A DNA stretch of 63,789 nucleotides, the filler included, from Choristocarpus tenellus KU-1152 (lineage: Eukaryota > Protista > Phaeophyceae): assembly GCA_964200185.2 (NCBI GenBank). It is 12 parts of 12 records of this genome, joined end to end, with 100 filler letters (N's around TTAATTAATTAA, not from the genome) between each part and the next. Parts side by side here need not be neighbours in the genome. Positions count along the whole stretch, not along the records: positions 11,137 to 19,957 come from CAXNAD020004293.1; positions 20,058 to 23,867 come from CAXNAD020017799.1; positions 23,968 to 30,036 come from CAXNAD020009020.1; 9 more parts are not named here. One strand, 5' to 3'. Below, in pieces: positions 11,900 through 24,325 of the stretch. Below the pieces are notes generated by a model. The model saw only the letters and a list, made by a program, of their open reading frames with translations, made no database searches and was not told the DNA's origin. Within the stretch, counting starts at the first letter, position 1, and each line of letters begins with the position of its first letter. The translations under genes were made by a program, and so were the position numbers.

Positions 11900-14800
11900 G
11901 TTTGCAGGGTGGAAAAAATGCTGATTCGGACAAGCATTTCTGGTGGTTTCGCAGGGGGTGGTATAGAAAGAGGTAGACCAAGCCGGATTTAGCTGACATT
12001 TTTGGATAATGCCATAATGGGTAACGCAGTGAAACTCTGATGCCACCTTGTACACTTATTGCCCGCCCAACTGTTAGAACTGATGCTAAACCGAAGAACT
12101 ACATGGGAAAAATGTACCTTAGACAGCTGGTCCCTCACAGGGGCAGAATCATAGTGTTCATCAGGCTCTTGCAAGATTGTTAGGAGTGATTGTTTGGTGA
12201 GTGGTGTCTAGCAATTGTGTTTGATGCTCTGGATTATCTTACCACATATTGCTTTGGGGTACACTGGGTGATGTTGTCCGTGCCTACAACTGCAGCTCAA
12301 ATTGGTTTTCACAACAGAAGAAAGGTCATTGAGTTGTTTTTCTTGTAGCCATGAATCAAGAGTACCCGTAACTGTGATTTTTTTACTTCAAACAATCTGT
12401 TTCACTCAATCGAATCGAAGTGTGTACACAGTATGTGGGGGCAAGGTGCGCAAAGCACAGAGTGCCGTGTGGTAGGGGGAAATGCGGCAAGGACTAGGAA
12501 ATGTACAGTGAACTGTGCAGTGTGCTTAGGTGCAATTCAGTAATTGACTAGCCAAAGGGTCTTGGGTATGGTCTTGATTATTCTTCAACATATCGGATCA
12601 AACAATGAAACTGCTGTAATCCACAACACCAGAAAAAATAAAGACGTTCTCGTGTGCTTTGATTTCCGTGAAGTAGAATATATGAACTTCGGTAGAACCA
12701 TACTTTTGTTCTTAGTTCAAGTTGAGCATGTAATGCAGCATAATATATAAACTTCGGTAGAACCATACTTTTGTTCTTAGTTCAAGTTGAGCATGTAATG
12801 CAGCAATCAGTCCCAAACCCATGGCCAAGGCATCCTTTTCTGCAGTAATCGCTACTGTAGCTCCCTGGTGTGCACAGACTAGACATGTTGAAATTGATGC
12901 TCATGTTCCCTTGTCTTTCGTAGTACTGCAACTAACCAAAGCATTCTCATTCATGTGGAAGGTGTGGCTGGGTTCACATGAGGCCGCTCACCCTATTTGG
13001 GCAACTGATCAAGGGTTCAGTGCAGTCTTGACTTTGTCTGACCCCCGCAAACAAGATAAGAAATTGAATTGGCTGGACGATGATGAAGACATCAAGCATC
13101 TGCGTGTCAGTGTTGAGGCAAGCCCCTCCCTACCCTACCCTCTGCCCAAAGGAATTGGAGCACAGTAATAAAAGGTTTACCTTGAATTGAATGGGTAGTG
13201 AGAAATGTTTTTTCATGCCATGTGGTCTATAACTTGGGATATTTTTGTGCTATTGGTTTCCTCCTCTTCCCAATATGACCCCGACCATCTCTGTAACACA
13301 TAAGGTGGATGATGATGACACCTCTAATGCTTCATGGAATAGGCTTGTTTGTCACATCAAGCCCATGATCGAGTTCATGCATCGTGTGGTGAGTCAATTG
13401 CCAATAGTGCCTCTAACGATTGCGAAGGGGTTCAATGTCTGCTTCCCTTTTCCATGTTCCATCATTGTTTCAAAGTTGTGAGCGGGAGGTGCCGGAATTA
13501 GGCCCCTACTACATCCATTCCGTCCATATATTTTCCTCTACACAGCCAGTCCCAGGTAGGGAATAAGCATTCACCAATTTGTTTTGTGATACCAGGGTTG
13601 ATATTGTCATGTGCATGACGTGCATTGCAGAAGTACCTCGATGTACTACTGTTGAGGCTCTCGTTTTCCCCTCCGATGAAGTTTGCTGAAATTGAGCTGT
13701 GCTCCAGGTTTTTAAGATATGATGACATTGCAGCCTAGTCTGAACCTTGCCGTCAGTGCAACACATTATAGCCAGGCACGCAACAACACTGTACGAGATT
13801 TCCTCTCTTGCAGAACTCCAGGTAGGGATACACATTCTCCATCCTCTTCCGTACCTATTTGCTCATATGTCTGCTCTCATTCTGTAAACAAAAAACAAGC
13901 CACCAGATGTGAAGCATATACCCAAACATTTTCCCCAGAATTTTCCAACCCTCCCTGACACTACATCCTTTTGGGTTGTGTGTGTGACCCATCCTCTCTA
14001 TGCAATCAGACCCAAAAGAATCTGAAGCTCCTTGTACATTGCCCAACTGGGCGGAGCACTTCTGTAGTTGTTCTTGCCATCTATCGATTGCTGAAGCAGG
14101 GCATCAATGTCCGTCACACTGTGAGCTCTGTAGGCAAGGCAAGGGCGACAATGTCACTCAGCTTGGCACTGGCAGGGGGACTGCAGCAACTTCAAGACGA
14201 CTTTGAACTTGAGAAAGAAAAACGTCTGGGGAAAAGGTCACGTATGGCACCCATTCTCTCCTCAGGCTTTTGATGAAGCTCTCACACAATAGAAAATGTA
14301 AACAAACGGACTATAGTGTTTATGAATAGTACCATAACACACACCACTGTTCCCTACAACATGAAGGTACACTGGCTGTTCTAAGGAAGGGCAGAATGCT
14401 CTATGACATGCCTTCAGTGTACTGGCTGAGCTGGGTCTCTCTGCCACCCCCAACACTCAAGCTGCTGTACATGCCACCTGATCAGATCACTTTGTCAACT
14501 GTAAATCCTATCTCTTCGTTTGTGTGTGTTTATATGTGTGTATGTGTGTGTGTGACTCCCTCTTAAAATAAAAGCTGTGATCACCCCCTAACCCAGAGAT
14601 AATCCTTGCTCTGTACCTTCACCAGAACTTAATCTAGCACTGGGTCAGGAATAGAAGGAGTATACGAGAATATCTATGATGTAATGGTGTATAACTGATG
14701 GCGATACCCCATGCACAATATTTTTTGTGGCTTCCTTCGTAGTAACTCCATTCACCGGAGTTTCCACACCTGCCCCCCAGAAGAATCAGAAGACAGCTCA

Positions 14801-16100
14801 ACTTGCCCTTTCGATGGGCAGAGTGGCACTACACTTCCTCTTGTTGATGAGCTCTTGCACGCTTCTCTCTGTTCTAATAGGAGAATGAAACTAAAGTTGA
14901 GTTCTTGAAAATAAAATTGGAAACAAAAATATACAAATAGAAAATGGGTACGTAGAAACCTATCTCAAAAAGACAGATGTAACTCCTTGAAACTGTTCCT
15001 ACACTGGTGCTATGAAGGAGTTCTAGAAGCAAAAGAGAAGTCTCATGAGTCAGTCAAATTCAATCTTCCCCACCGACCTGGAGTCTCCATCTTGAACTGC
15101 ACTACACGCCTGGAGATGACCACCTGTGCTGTAACTTACTATGTTGAGATTATCTTAACTGATTTTTAAAAAATGATCCCTAATCTATTTCTGGAATACT
15201 ATGATATTTACATGTTCAGAAATATTGTGGCGATGTGCACAATTGTTAAAATGATACCCTCCCCAAAGACAGGACGTGTCAAAGTGGGAGGTATTCACCA
15301 TTGGGTTTCTTGTGGAGAGTATTAATAATAGGCCCTGCTTTACAAATTTCAATGTCAGCAATTATCCGTCAAGTACAGCAAATTCTATCATGGGTCAAAA
15401 CAGGAAGAGCCCGTCCATACAGTATTTGATACAATCTGACAGGTAAACATGAATTCCTCCTATTGGGTGTGTACTGGGACCTTTATCTGCGATAGGACTT
15501 CAGCCCCTCCTCCATTCTCGGGCAACTTTTCTTTAACGAGTGTACACACCTCAAATCCGCTATTGACCCTTCGAAAAGAACGATATTATGATTTGTTAGT
15601 GAATGTGACAATATGTCACACCCACCAAAATGATTGTGATTCACACCACCATAGACGGATACCGTCCGAGACGGATTGTTACTCATCGCCCAATAGGACT
15701 GTGTCCTGAATTGTGGTGTTGATATCAATATGATCCAGATTAACAACAGTGACGATGTGTACATTTGCAAAGTCGAAATCCTCCCACACCAGGACGAATG
15801 AGAGTGGGGGGTGGTTACCAACAGGTTCCTTGTGAAGAATAGACCCTCTTAGACTTGTCAACAACAATGCCACTAATCTGTCAAACCTAACCCTACCACG
15901 GGTGAAAACGGAGAGACCTTCCATAGGATAGTTGGTACAAACAACCTGATCAGAAACAAGTTAACACGGCTTGTTACCATGTATGACACCTATGATACTA
16001 TGTCAATAATACGACTTTTTCCTTTCCTTAGGAAAGTTTGTGTTGGCGAGTGTACACATCTTCAAGGTCATTCTAAAAGCATGCTTCTTGAGTTGTTTTT
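11900..16100 (-). mobile_element. Cluster of decayed Ty1/copia pol remnants (integrase, RT, RNase H pieces)
   Basis: An integrase-like piece (FCNARHAHDNINPGITKQIGE) lies at ~13570-13640 and an RNase H-like HIDI motif at ~15720. Heavily frameshifted, so boundaries are approximate. Confidence 0.4.
12677..12805. repeat. 65-bp near-perfect tandem duplication (2 copies)
   Basis: AATATAT(G/A)AACTTCGGTAGAACCATACTTTTGTTCTTAGTTCAAGTTGAGCATGTAATGCAGCA occurs at 12677 and 12742. Confidence 0.9.
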
Positions 16101-17213
16101 TTTAACGTGACCATCCATAATACTTCAAAAAAATGAATGTTTTAGAGTATGTAGAAAATTGGTGTCCAACTCATCAAGTTGTTATACCTATTCAGTTAGT
16201 TGTTGTGAATGAAGTTGAAATTATGTTACCACGCTTGCTAAAAACCCTCAAAGATGTTTTTAGAGACGTTAATAGAAACGATAACAGTGAGTACACTCCC
16301 TAACAAAAAATTCCTACATTGTGGAGGGATGAAATTATACTGGAGACATAGGTATCATTTCGTAGCAAGTTGGGTGTGCCAATCAGATGGTATCAAGGGA
16401 TTTTTCGTTTTGACCCCTGTATGCACTACTATAGAATAGGTAGGGTTATAGGGTTTCCTTAACGGATTGGTAGCATTAAACTCTCCAACATGGTTAGTTC
16501 TTCAGGAACCTGATGGTGACCACTACTTGTTGTGATCTGTCTTGTGGGAGGATGTTATTTCATACTACTATAATAATACTAACTTCTGAACTTACTGTAT
16601 TATTATTTTATTATACCCTCTGACATTTTGCAGATGTGTCGGGTCGGGGGGAAACCCATAAAAACTATATACATGGAAGACCAATGAAAACTATATACAT
16701 ATGTATGTCTATATAAAATGTCCTCAACATAAGAATACTATAAGACAATGCCGTATTATTGTAATAACTTAAAACGATGAGTAGGTAACAACGTAACGTA
16801 ACGTTGATGGATAGGTTTTTACAACGAACTCTTACAAAAAAAAACATACACAGGTTTCCAATTCTATATAAATTTCTTCCTCATCGACTCAGATCATCCT
16901 TTGTACCCTGAGGGACATATCCCCCAAAACAAGGTTAGTTAGGACAATGACTTGATTCGGTTTTAGAGATTGAGATTTATTGCATTGATGAGCTGGAAGC
17001 TATAGCATGAAGATGACAAGCTAAGTCCGCCTGTATTATGTTCCATATATTGAGTGGAACTCGATCGAGTCAATTTCAAAGCCGACCCTCCAGAAGTTAC
17101 TGAGCACTGAGAAATCCATCTCCAGACAAATCCTTGGCTCTTCGTCAACTATCCCCTCTCCTTATCAACGCACCAACCTCTCTTGTGTCTTCACCTGTAA
17201 ACGCAGCAACCAC

Positions 17214-19827
17214 ATGTCTGCTGACAAGGTGGTGGATGATGGGGGCAAGCTTTGGGGCATCGTACCAGCTTCTGTCCGTAAGACAGCTGGGCCCCTCTTC
17301 CTCATATTTGTTCCACCCTACTTCGTAATCGTTCTTTGGCACACCATGTGCAACCTGAACGGCTCTTTTGTTAGACTCTGGGACGAGGCCAAATCAGGAG
17401 GAGTGCAGTACATGATTGACTTCGTCCCTAGCCCCTTGGATCCTGAGGCGTGGAAGTTGATTGGTGCATACGGACTCTTTGAACTTGTCCTGATGATGGC
17501 ACTTCCCGGAAAACTCTTCAGGGCGAATGCCACGGCGACTGGCCATGTGCCGGTGTACAAGGCCAATGGTATGTTAGCATATCTGGTGACGATCTTTACG
17601 CTCATCTTCCTGGCGCAAACAGGGAGGTTCAGTCCTGGAATAGTTTATGATCGGTTAGGGGAGATTCTCTCAGGCCTGTCCTTCGCATCTCTATTTGTTG
17701 TCCTGGGTTTGTATGCCAAGGGATTGATAGCACCCTCCACGGAGGACTCCGGGTCTAATGGGGGATTCATCCAAGACTTCTTCTGGTATGTTCCTGATGA
17801 TTTTTATGAGATGTATTCTAGGACGATGGGTTGATATTCCCTACCCATTAGCACTCCTTGCATTGCCTAAATGCTATGCTGTTTAATGGTATCCAGAGAT
17901 ACCATTCAGCACTGGGTTGACCAAGTTGACAGTGGCTTAAGGACAATGCACATTATTGTTTTTCCTTTTTTGCCAATGGACGGTGCTAGAACAAAAATAG
18001 GAAGCTCTTGACCCATTCGAACCTTGCAACCTTGATCTACCTGGGACCAAGAGCAGATTGGCCAGCGGAATGATGCCCTTGAAAGGTTAGAGTCTGTCCT
18101 CCACAGTTTCCCATGTTGCACTAACCTCCTCCCTTGATCCCCTTTGGCGATCACAGGGGCACCGAGCTCTTCCCCCGCATATTCGGGGCCGATGTAAAAA
18201 TGTTCACAAACTGCCGCTTTGGGATGATGTACTGGGCAGCTGGTTCAATCTGTTATGCTTACAAGCAAGTAGAGGACATTGGATACCTCTCTGACAGCAT
18301 GGCTGTCAGCCTTGCCCTGCAACTGGTATACATCACCAAGTTCTTCCACTGGGAGATGGGCTACATGAATAGCATGGACATCCAGCATGACCGGGCCGGG
18401 TTTTACCTCTGCTGGGGTTGCCTGGTGAGTTTTGGGATCGTGTCGACTAACCATCATATCATGATGTGACTATTTTTTGTAGAGGGATGGGCTTGTGTTG
18501 TTTGTATAGTATTTCGTTTCAATATCTTCTTTACTCTCAATATCTAAGAAGGTTTTGAAGGTTGTGTGGATATGCACTCATGGGATCTAGGCCATCTCAG
18601 GAGTCTTGTCTGGGCTTAATGTGATACCCTCTTTTTCTTCACTGGTGATTTCACCTCCCAGGTTATTCACTTCATGGCCTTCCTCCATAAACCCTCCATC
18701 CACACCAACACAGTAGTTGGTGCATATTCAAGTCCAGCTTTGCTGAGAGGAAGGTGATTTCATCACACTTGAAGTGCACTGGGAACGTGTGATGAGAAAT
18801 TATCCTCACGCTTGCATCCTCCCTCACATCCCACCCCCTGCGCCCCTCTACCACACCCTTTTGCACGTCTTGCCATTTTTTTTCTTTTGCTAGGTGTGGG
18901 TTCCGGCTGTGTATGCCTCTCCTTGCATGTACTTGACATCACACCCCGTTCACCTAGGGATACCGCTGGCCTCGCTAATCTTTTTGTGTGGGCTGACGTG
19001 TGTCTTCACCAACTATGATGCCGATCGCCAACGTCACCACTTCCGGCAGGTGAGTAGCAAACCATAACCAAAGTGGGTGTGAAGAGACTTTTTTTGGGGT
19101 GGGTTTTAAACAAGTTTTGTTTGAATTTGAATTCTTGGTGGGAGGGAGAAGGGGTCAGCAAAAACCAGAAGTGTGCGTGTGGTTGTTCCTTGCTGTAACC
19201 TGTATTGCACCTGCTTAGTGTACATGTATGTACGGCATATTTCCTTCCATCCAAATGGACTGGGAAGTAGGAATTTACACTGATGACAGACGCTCTTTGA
19301 GAATTGCTGATGTATACGTGCGGTAGTGCGAATGCTTTTGCATCTGATGTCTGAAGGGATCGAAGGATTTGCGATCGCGATAAAAAAAACAAAACAGTAT
19401 GCACGATCTTTACAGCACAGACAATGGCACTAAATCAATGTATCTGCCTTTCCCTCTACCCGCTGGTACATTGTGACATGTACGACAGGTGAATGGTAAG
19501 TGCTCCATCTGGGGAAAACCAGCTCAATACATCACGGCATCCTACACAAACACCAAGGGCAGCACTAGTACATCTCTGCTCCTTTGCTCTGGGTGGTGGG
19601 GCGTTTCGCGCCACTTTCACTACATCCCAGAGATCCTAAGTTCCTTCTTTTGGTGTCTCCCTGCCCAGTTTGAAAACTCCTCTGCATATTTCTATGTGAT
19701 GTTCCTTATCCCGCTGTTGTTTGACCGTGCTTTCCGTGATGATGTGCGCTGTCGTACAAAGTACAATGCCGATTGGGACAAGTATTGCGAGAGGGTTCCC
19801 TACAAGATCATCCCTGGCTTGGTATAG
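17214..19827 (+). CDS. DHCR7: 7-dehydrocholesterol / sterol delta-7 reductase (DHCR7/DWF5 type), complete, 4 exons: 17214-17785, 18157-18424, 18894-19049, 19489-19827 (1335 nt, 444 aa)
   Basis: All junctions are GT-AG and phase-consistent. ERG4/ERG24-family motifs of the DWF5 type are present: GHVPVYKANG, DFFWGTELFPR, MDIQHDRAGFYLCWGCLVWVP, NYDADRQR, LLCSGWWGVSRHFHYIPEI, DRAFRDDVRCRTKY...W.KYCERVPYKIIPG. Confidence 0.95.
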
Positions 19828-20096
19828 TGACAAGGAATCTGAAGGGTTGTTGGCATATGCTAGGATACAAGGGGTTTGCAATAGTTGTAAGTTGTGTGTG
19901 TGAACTATTGGGTTGTATGAAATGTGCCAGGCCAAACTTTGACTACTTGTGTGGGGGNNNNNNNNNNNNNNNNNNNNNNNNNNNNNNNNNNNNNNNNNNN
20001 NTTAATTAATTAANNNNNNNNNNNNNNNNNNNNNNNNNNNNNNNNNNNNNNNNNNNNATACTTTTTTTCATTACCAATACTAATGTCAAAGTGTAG

Positions 20097-20165
20097 GTTG
20101 ATGCTGCCTCTGGTATGAAGATTGGCCGCTACGTACATATGTACCGCCTCGAACATGAAAGATGA
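20097..20165 (+). CDS. Candidate terminal exon of an unknown gene (VDAASGMKIGRYVHMYRLEHER*)
   Basis: A branch-point-like TACTAAT and a gtgtag acceptor lie just inside the contig start, followed by an open frame to TGA. No homology recognised. Confidence 0.25.
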   Translation, partial: VDAASGMKIGRYVHMYRLEHER

Positions 20166-20749
20166 TCAGGAGATCTTCTCAACGTAGTAACTCCTTTGTG
20201 ACTAACCTTCCTTCTTTCTAAGCGTGCCAGAACTAAACGATAATAACAGCCATCAACACCAAAAATATACACGAAGTACAAGCTTTTCTTGTATGTATAG
20301 AGTGAAACATCTGTTTGTTCTTCTTTCTGGACTTGGTGAGTTTTTTTGGTGGGTGTAACCTATCAATCCCTTACTTGTACAGACCACATAACATTCGAAT
20401 AAATGTTTATAACTAGTAGTAGAAGAAGACGTGTGTATGTATGTACTGTATAGTACAATCTATAGTGTACCATACATATTATAAGAATACCAAAATCGTT
20501 ACCGGCTCCCCCCCGGGGGGGCCTGTATGTCCTTTTTATAGCTTTGGCTTGGTCGAGGTCGCTTCCAAATCGTAGCGGTGCCCTCCACAAGCGCCGAAAT
20601 AGTTTTGAACAAAAAATTATCCCATTCAAAAAAGGGCCCTTAAAAAGTGCCGCAACATTTACAAAAAAAAAACATATCAACACTTTTTCCAGAACAATTT
20701 TGGGTCGAATCCATCCTCCGTAGTATGCTCCATCCTCAATTTTGGAAAT

Positions 20750-22900
20750 ACGCTGTTAGTGGTAGCTTCTCTCAGAATAGTATCATCATCGTCATCCCGA
20801 CATAGTGGACCTGTACCTTCGACACAAATGGAAACTGGAGGCTAAGGAGACATAAGATATGGTACGATCGATAACAAGCAAGAACTGGAGGTCAAGAAGA
20901 TACTTTAGGTACCCGTGGTATGCCATGCCGAGTATTGAGCAGTGACAGATCAGGAATACACAATTACCTTCTTCAAATGACTGGCAACAAAACATTGATG
21001 CATGATAAAATGGTGGGTGATATATACAAATCATATATGTGTACATGGTAGGTAGCCAAATAGGATGGATGTATCAACAAATCGGATTCGTTTATACATC
21101 ATTCCTCAACATAGAGTTGTACTCAGCGTTTGATTTGTGGTACAAGATTTCTGGGTAGAAAAGATTTGTACTAGTAAGACCTGGTTGCCTGTATCTTAGG
21201 TGTTGTAGCATTATTGACACCTACCCTGTGGTAGTTGTGGTACCACTGAGATTGTTGTTACTCTGGTTCCATGGTGATGCATCATCATCTGAAAGGGTGG
21301 TGAAATGTCATCAAGAAGCATGTTTTGTAGCGGATCCTCCGCACATAAATGTACACTCAATGAGTACACAAACGAGGAAGGAGATCAAAGAAGAATGGAT
21401 GCCTAAATCAAGGGTAATATTCCTTTTTGGTGAATGAACGTTTCACACAGCAGCAGTACCAGCGAGAAATCGCCATCTAAAGTGCTAAAATCAGTTGTAC
21501 TACAAGACAGTCGCTGGGGCCCACAATAATTAATGATACCCCACTCCACGAAAAGGATACCACACAAAGATCTTGATGTAGAACAAATACCTGGCGAAAT
21601 AATATAAAATAAACTGCGCACCATCTCCTGCACTGTCCTCTCTCTCCGAAAAGTGTAAGCATGAGGTAACCCTTCCTCTTGCTGGTTGGGGTTGCGAACT
21701 GTTTTGTGGTGATTTTGGTTGTTTATTCCTCTCACTCTATCACAGGCACATTGCAAGAGTGTGGTAGAAGCGATTTCCTTTGATTTTCCTATTTCAAGTC
21801 TTTGCTGAACTCTTACTATATTCCCACAACCGCCTGCCTCAAAACAAGAATAGCATTTACTCAACCAATGACAGCGCTGCACAACAAGCAAGCTCCTACA
21901 TGTCCATTTTCCCTACAATGAAAGCCATTCCGCACATCCATATTTTTTCTTTCAATGCCGTGACTATATTATGGAGATCCTTAACTGTTGTAGCACACTC
22001 AAAGCAAGTATAAAATTCAAGGCGCACCACTACACTGAAGAATTAGGACCAGACTTCCCCAGGGTTACAAAGCGGCATTCATCTACCATCACTTCCACTC
22101 AACCCACATGCTATACATTCATCCAAAGGAAAGGAATTGTGAAGCAAAACAAACACAACAAATCTCTTGACTCCACCATATCAATAGACCTCAAAAAGGC
22201 ACACACCCATCTACTCACAAAAAAGATGGGAATAAGTCCGGTCAGAATCAGTAAACGTCACAAGGCCTCAAAGACACACACGGAGTGGTGGTGTAATTAG
22301 TGATTAGTGGTGTAATTAGGGAGCTGAGTAACGTTGAATGAATACTTCCTCTCATCCGATGACTAAGTAAGAGAACCAATATAACAGAGTGTCTCATTAT
22401 TCATCTACCTCTCACTACTCGCCTGGCTGTTAGAAAGAAAAAAACTCTACAAATGTAGACTACATCAATCCTAGCGTATGTTTTACTGCTAGTTGCCCAA
22501 TTATATTCTCAATTATTGAACAATAGCCCATCACCGCCCACAGGAACTTTGCTTACCCACCATCTAATAACATCAAAACCCCTCTCCCAGTATGATGAAT
22601 TCAGTCCAGGGTATCAATTAAACGTAAGAACCCCCTGTTGGTGATTGTCATTCCTCGCCCTTCGCAGCAGACGCCTCCCTTCACATAAAAGAAACAAAAT
22701 CTCACCTCCCCCAGATGGCAATACACCTGTGTATCACAAATGCACCCATCATTGCCTAGATGCACACATGACCTTGACCCCCCATATGATCCATTGCCTG
22801 TGTTGACATGTAAACTGCACAGCTCAGGGCACATGCAGCCTAATGATGCAGATTTCAATCTCTAGGTACACTTGACTGCCTTTGACAGTCACCCCTGCAG
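20750..22900 (+). mobile_element. Decayed Ty1/copia pol remnant downstream of sir
   Basis: IKFKAHHYTEELGPDF resembles K.KARLV....Q..G.DF, and PVRISKRHKASK....W resembles V.RL.K.LYGLKQ...W. Many stops and frameshifts. Confidence 0.45.
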
Positions 22901-23193
22901 TTACGGCCTCACCACCATATGAACTCATGGTATAACATTAAAAATAAAAGTCCTGCACCTTACGTCCATTCTCCAACTAATGCTCAACACATCAACACAT
23001 CCACAGGCAAGCGACTTCCTTGCATTGTCGGGTGGGTGACCCAACAGCCCAGGCCCGCCTTTAGACAGGCACTATCACCCCTTACATTATGCTCCGAATT
23101 GACTCCGCCCGCACTCATGTCTACCAGACCATCCTGCCCCCGGTGAAAATGCTGCACACTCTTTCGCTGACTCCAAAATCCCCAAACACAACA

Positions 23194-23750
23194 CTAAGAC
23201 GTAGCCCCGGCCACACCCCCCTTCCCCAGTCGATGGCACCAATCTCCGAAGGTCTCTGGGTAAGTCTCCCCTGGTACATTCTGTCGCGTCTGCTTGTAAG
23301 CCCTGCAAAAATATCAGCAAGAGACAACAAAGGATGAAAATCACAAACACTTCATGAAGTGCTGCAGAGTTCTAGTATTCAAGGGTCGGGGTTAGGGGTC
23401 GGTTGCACTCTGTATTCATGTTGAGCCTTCAGGGTGTGTTGCTCACACCCTGAAGCCACATCTTGGAGAAACACACGTTTCACACAAGACATGAACAGCA
23501 TTCAGCAAACCCCCCCCCCCAAAAAAAAAAAAATCTCGTAAATGCCTTCTCAATTCTCAAAAACAGGGACGTTAAGCTACACAACACTATCGATCTTGGC
23601 GGAGACCATTCACAGGAGACAAACACCATTGCACCACTCTGACACCCACTTGATGATGGGCTCCAAAGTCTTTTCCATCTCGAGGTCCTTAACACGCTCT
23701 GCAAAAGGAAAGGCCGTGCGGGTGTTGCCTGGGCTGCCTCCAAGCCAAAC
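23194..23750 (-). CDS. sir: Ferredoxin-dependent sulfite reductase, last two exons (23650-23750, 23194-23302); 5' part lies outside the contig
   Basis: The spliced peptide VWLGGSPGNTRTAFPFAERVKDLEMEKTLEPIIK|AYKQTRQNVPGETYPETFGDWCHRLGKGGVAGATS* matches the plant/cyanobacterial SiR C-terminus (QIWLGG.P..T.LA.....K.....E..LEP......E.FGDF..R.G). The AA|G phase-2 junction is GT-AG. Confidence 0.85.
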
Positions 23751-24176
23751 CTGTTTTTGAGCCGAGGAATGGGGGGGGGGGGGGGGGGGGGCGTTTCTCC
23801 TTAAATTAGAGTGTGCCACCCCGTTCGGCGCCCCATGACACCCAAGGGCGGCGCAACACGCGTCTTCNNNNNNNNNNNNNNNNNNNNNNNNNNNNNNNNN
23901 NNNNNNNNNNNTTAATTAATTAANNNNNNNNNNNNNNNNNNNNNNNNNNNNNNNNNNNNNNNNNNNNGAGCCTGATGTAGATTAGTTGTGTTAGAACGTA
24001 TGCCTACATCTGCCTGTATAGAGCTCTCTTGCCTATGAGTCCCCAGTTCAATGTCAAGCTGTGCCTGGGTTGAATATCGTGAATATGCTTTGTCATAATG
24101 TTCCATTGGGTCTGATACACCTCTATATTGTGTATCTCAAGTGGTGGGACACAAGACACTGGTACTAACACTCTAA

Positions 24177-24216
<40 letters not shown>

Positions 24217-24229
24217 CTTCAACTTTCAG

Positions 24230-24325
24230 ATGTGTGATCCACCACGTGATGTGATAGAACCAGTGGCATATGGGGACATAGACACTGCCCTCTCTTCAGC
24301 AGTCAACACAGGGGAGCTTGAGGGA
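24230..24325 (+). CDS. Isolated 96-nt internal exon candidate (MCDPPRDVIEPVAYGDIDTALSSAVNTGELEG), product unknown
   Basis: A strong tttcag acceptor follows a (CA)n tract and a perfect GTGAGT donor closes it. It is symmetric phase 0 and only one frame is open. Confidence 0.45.
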
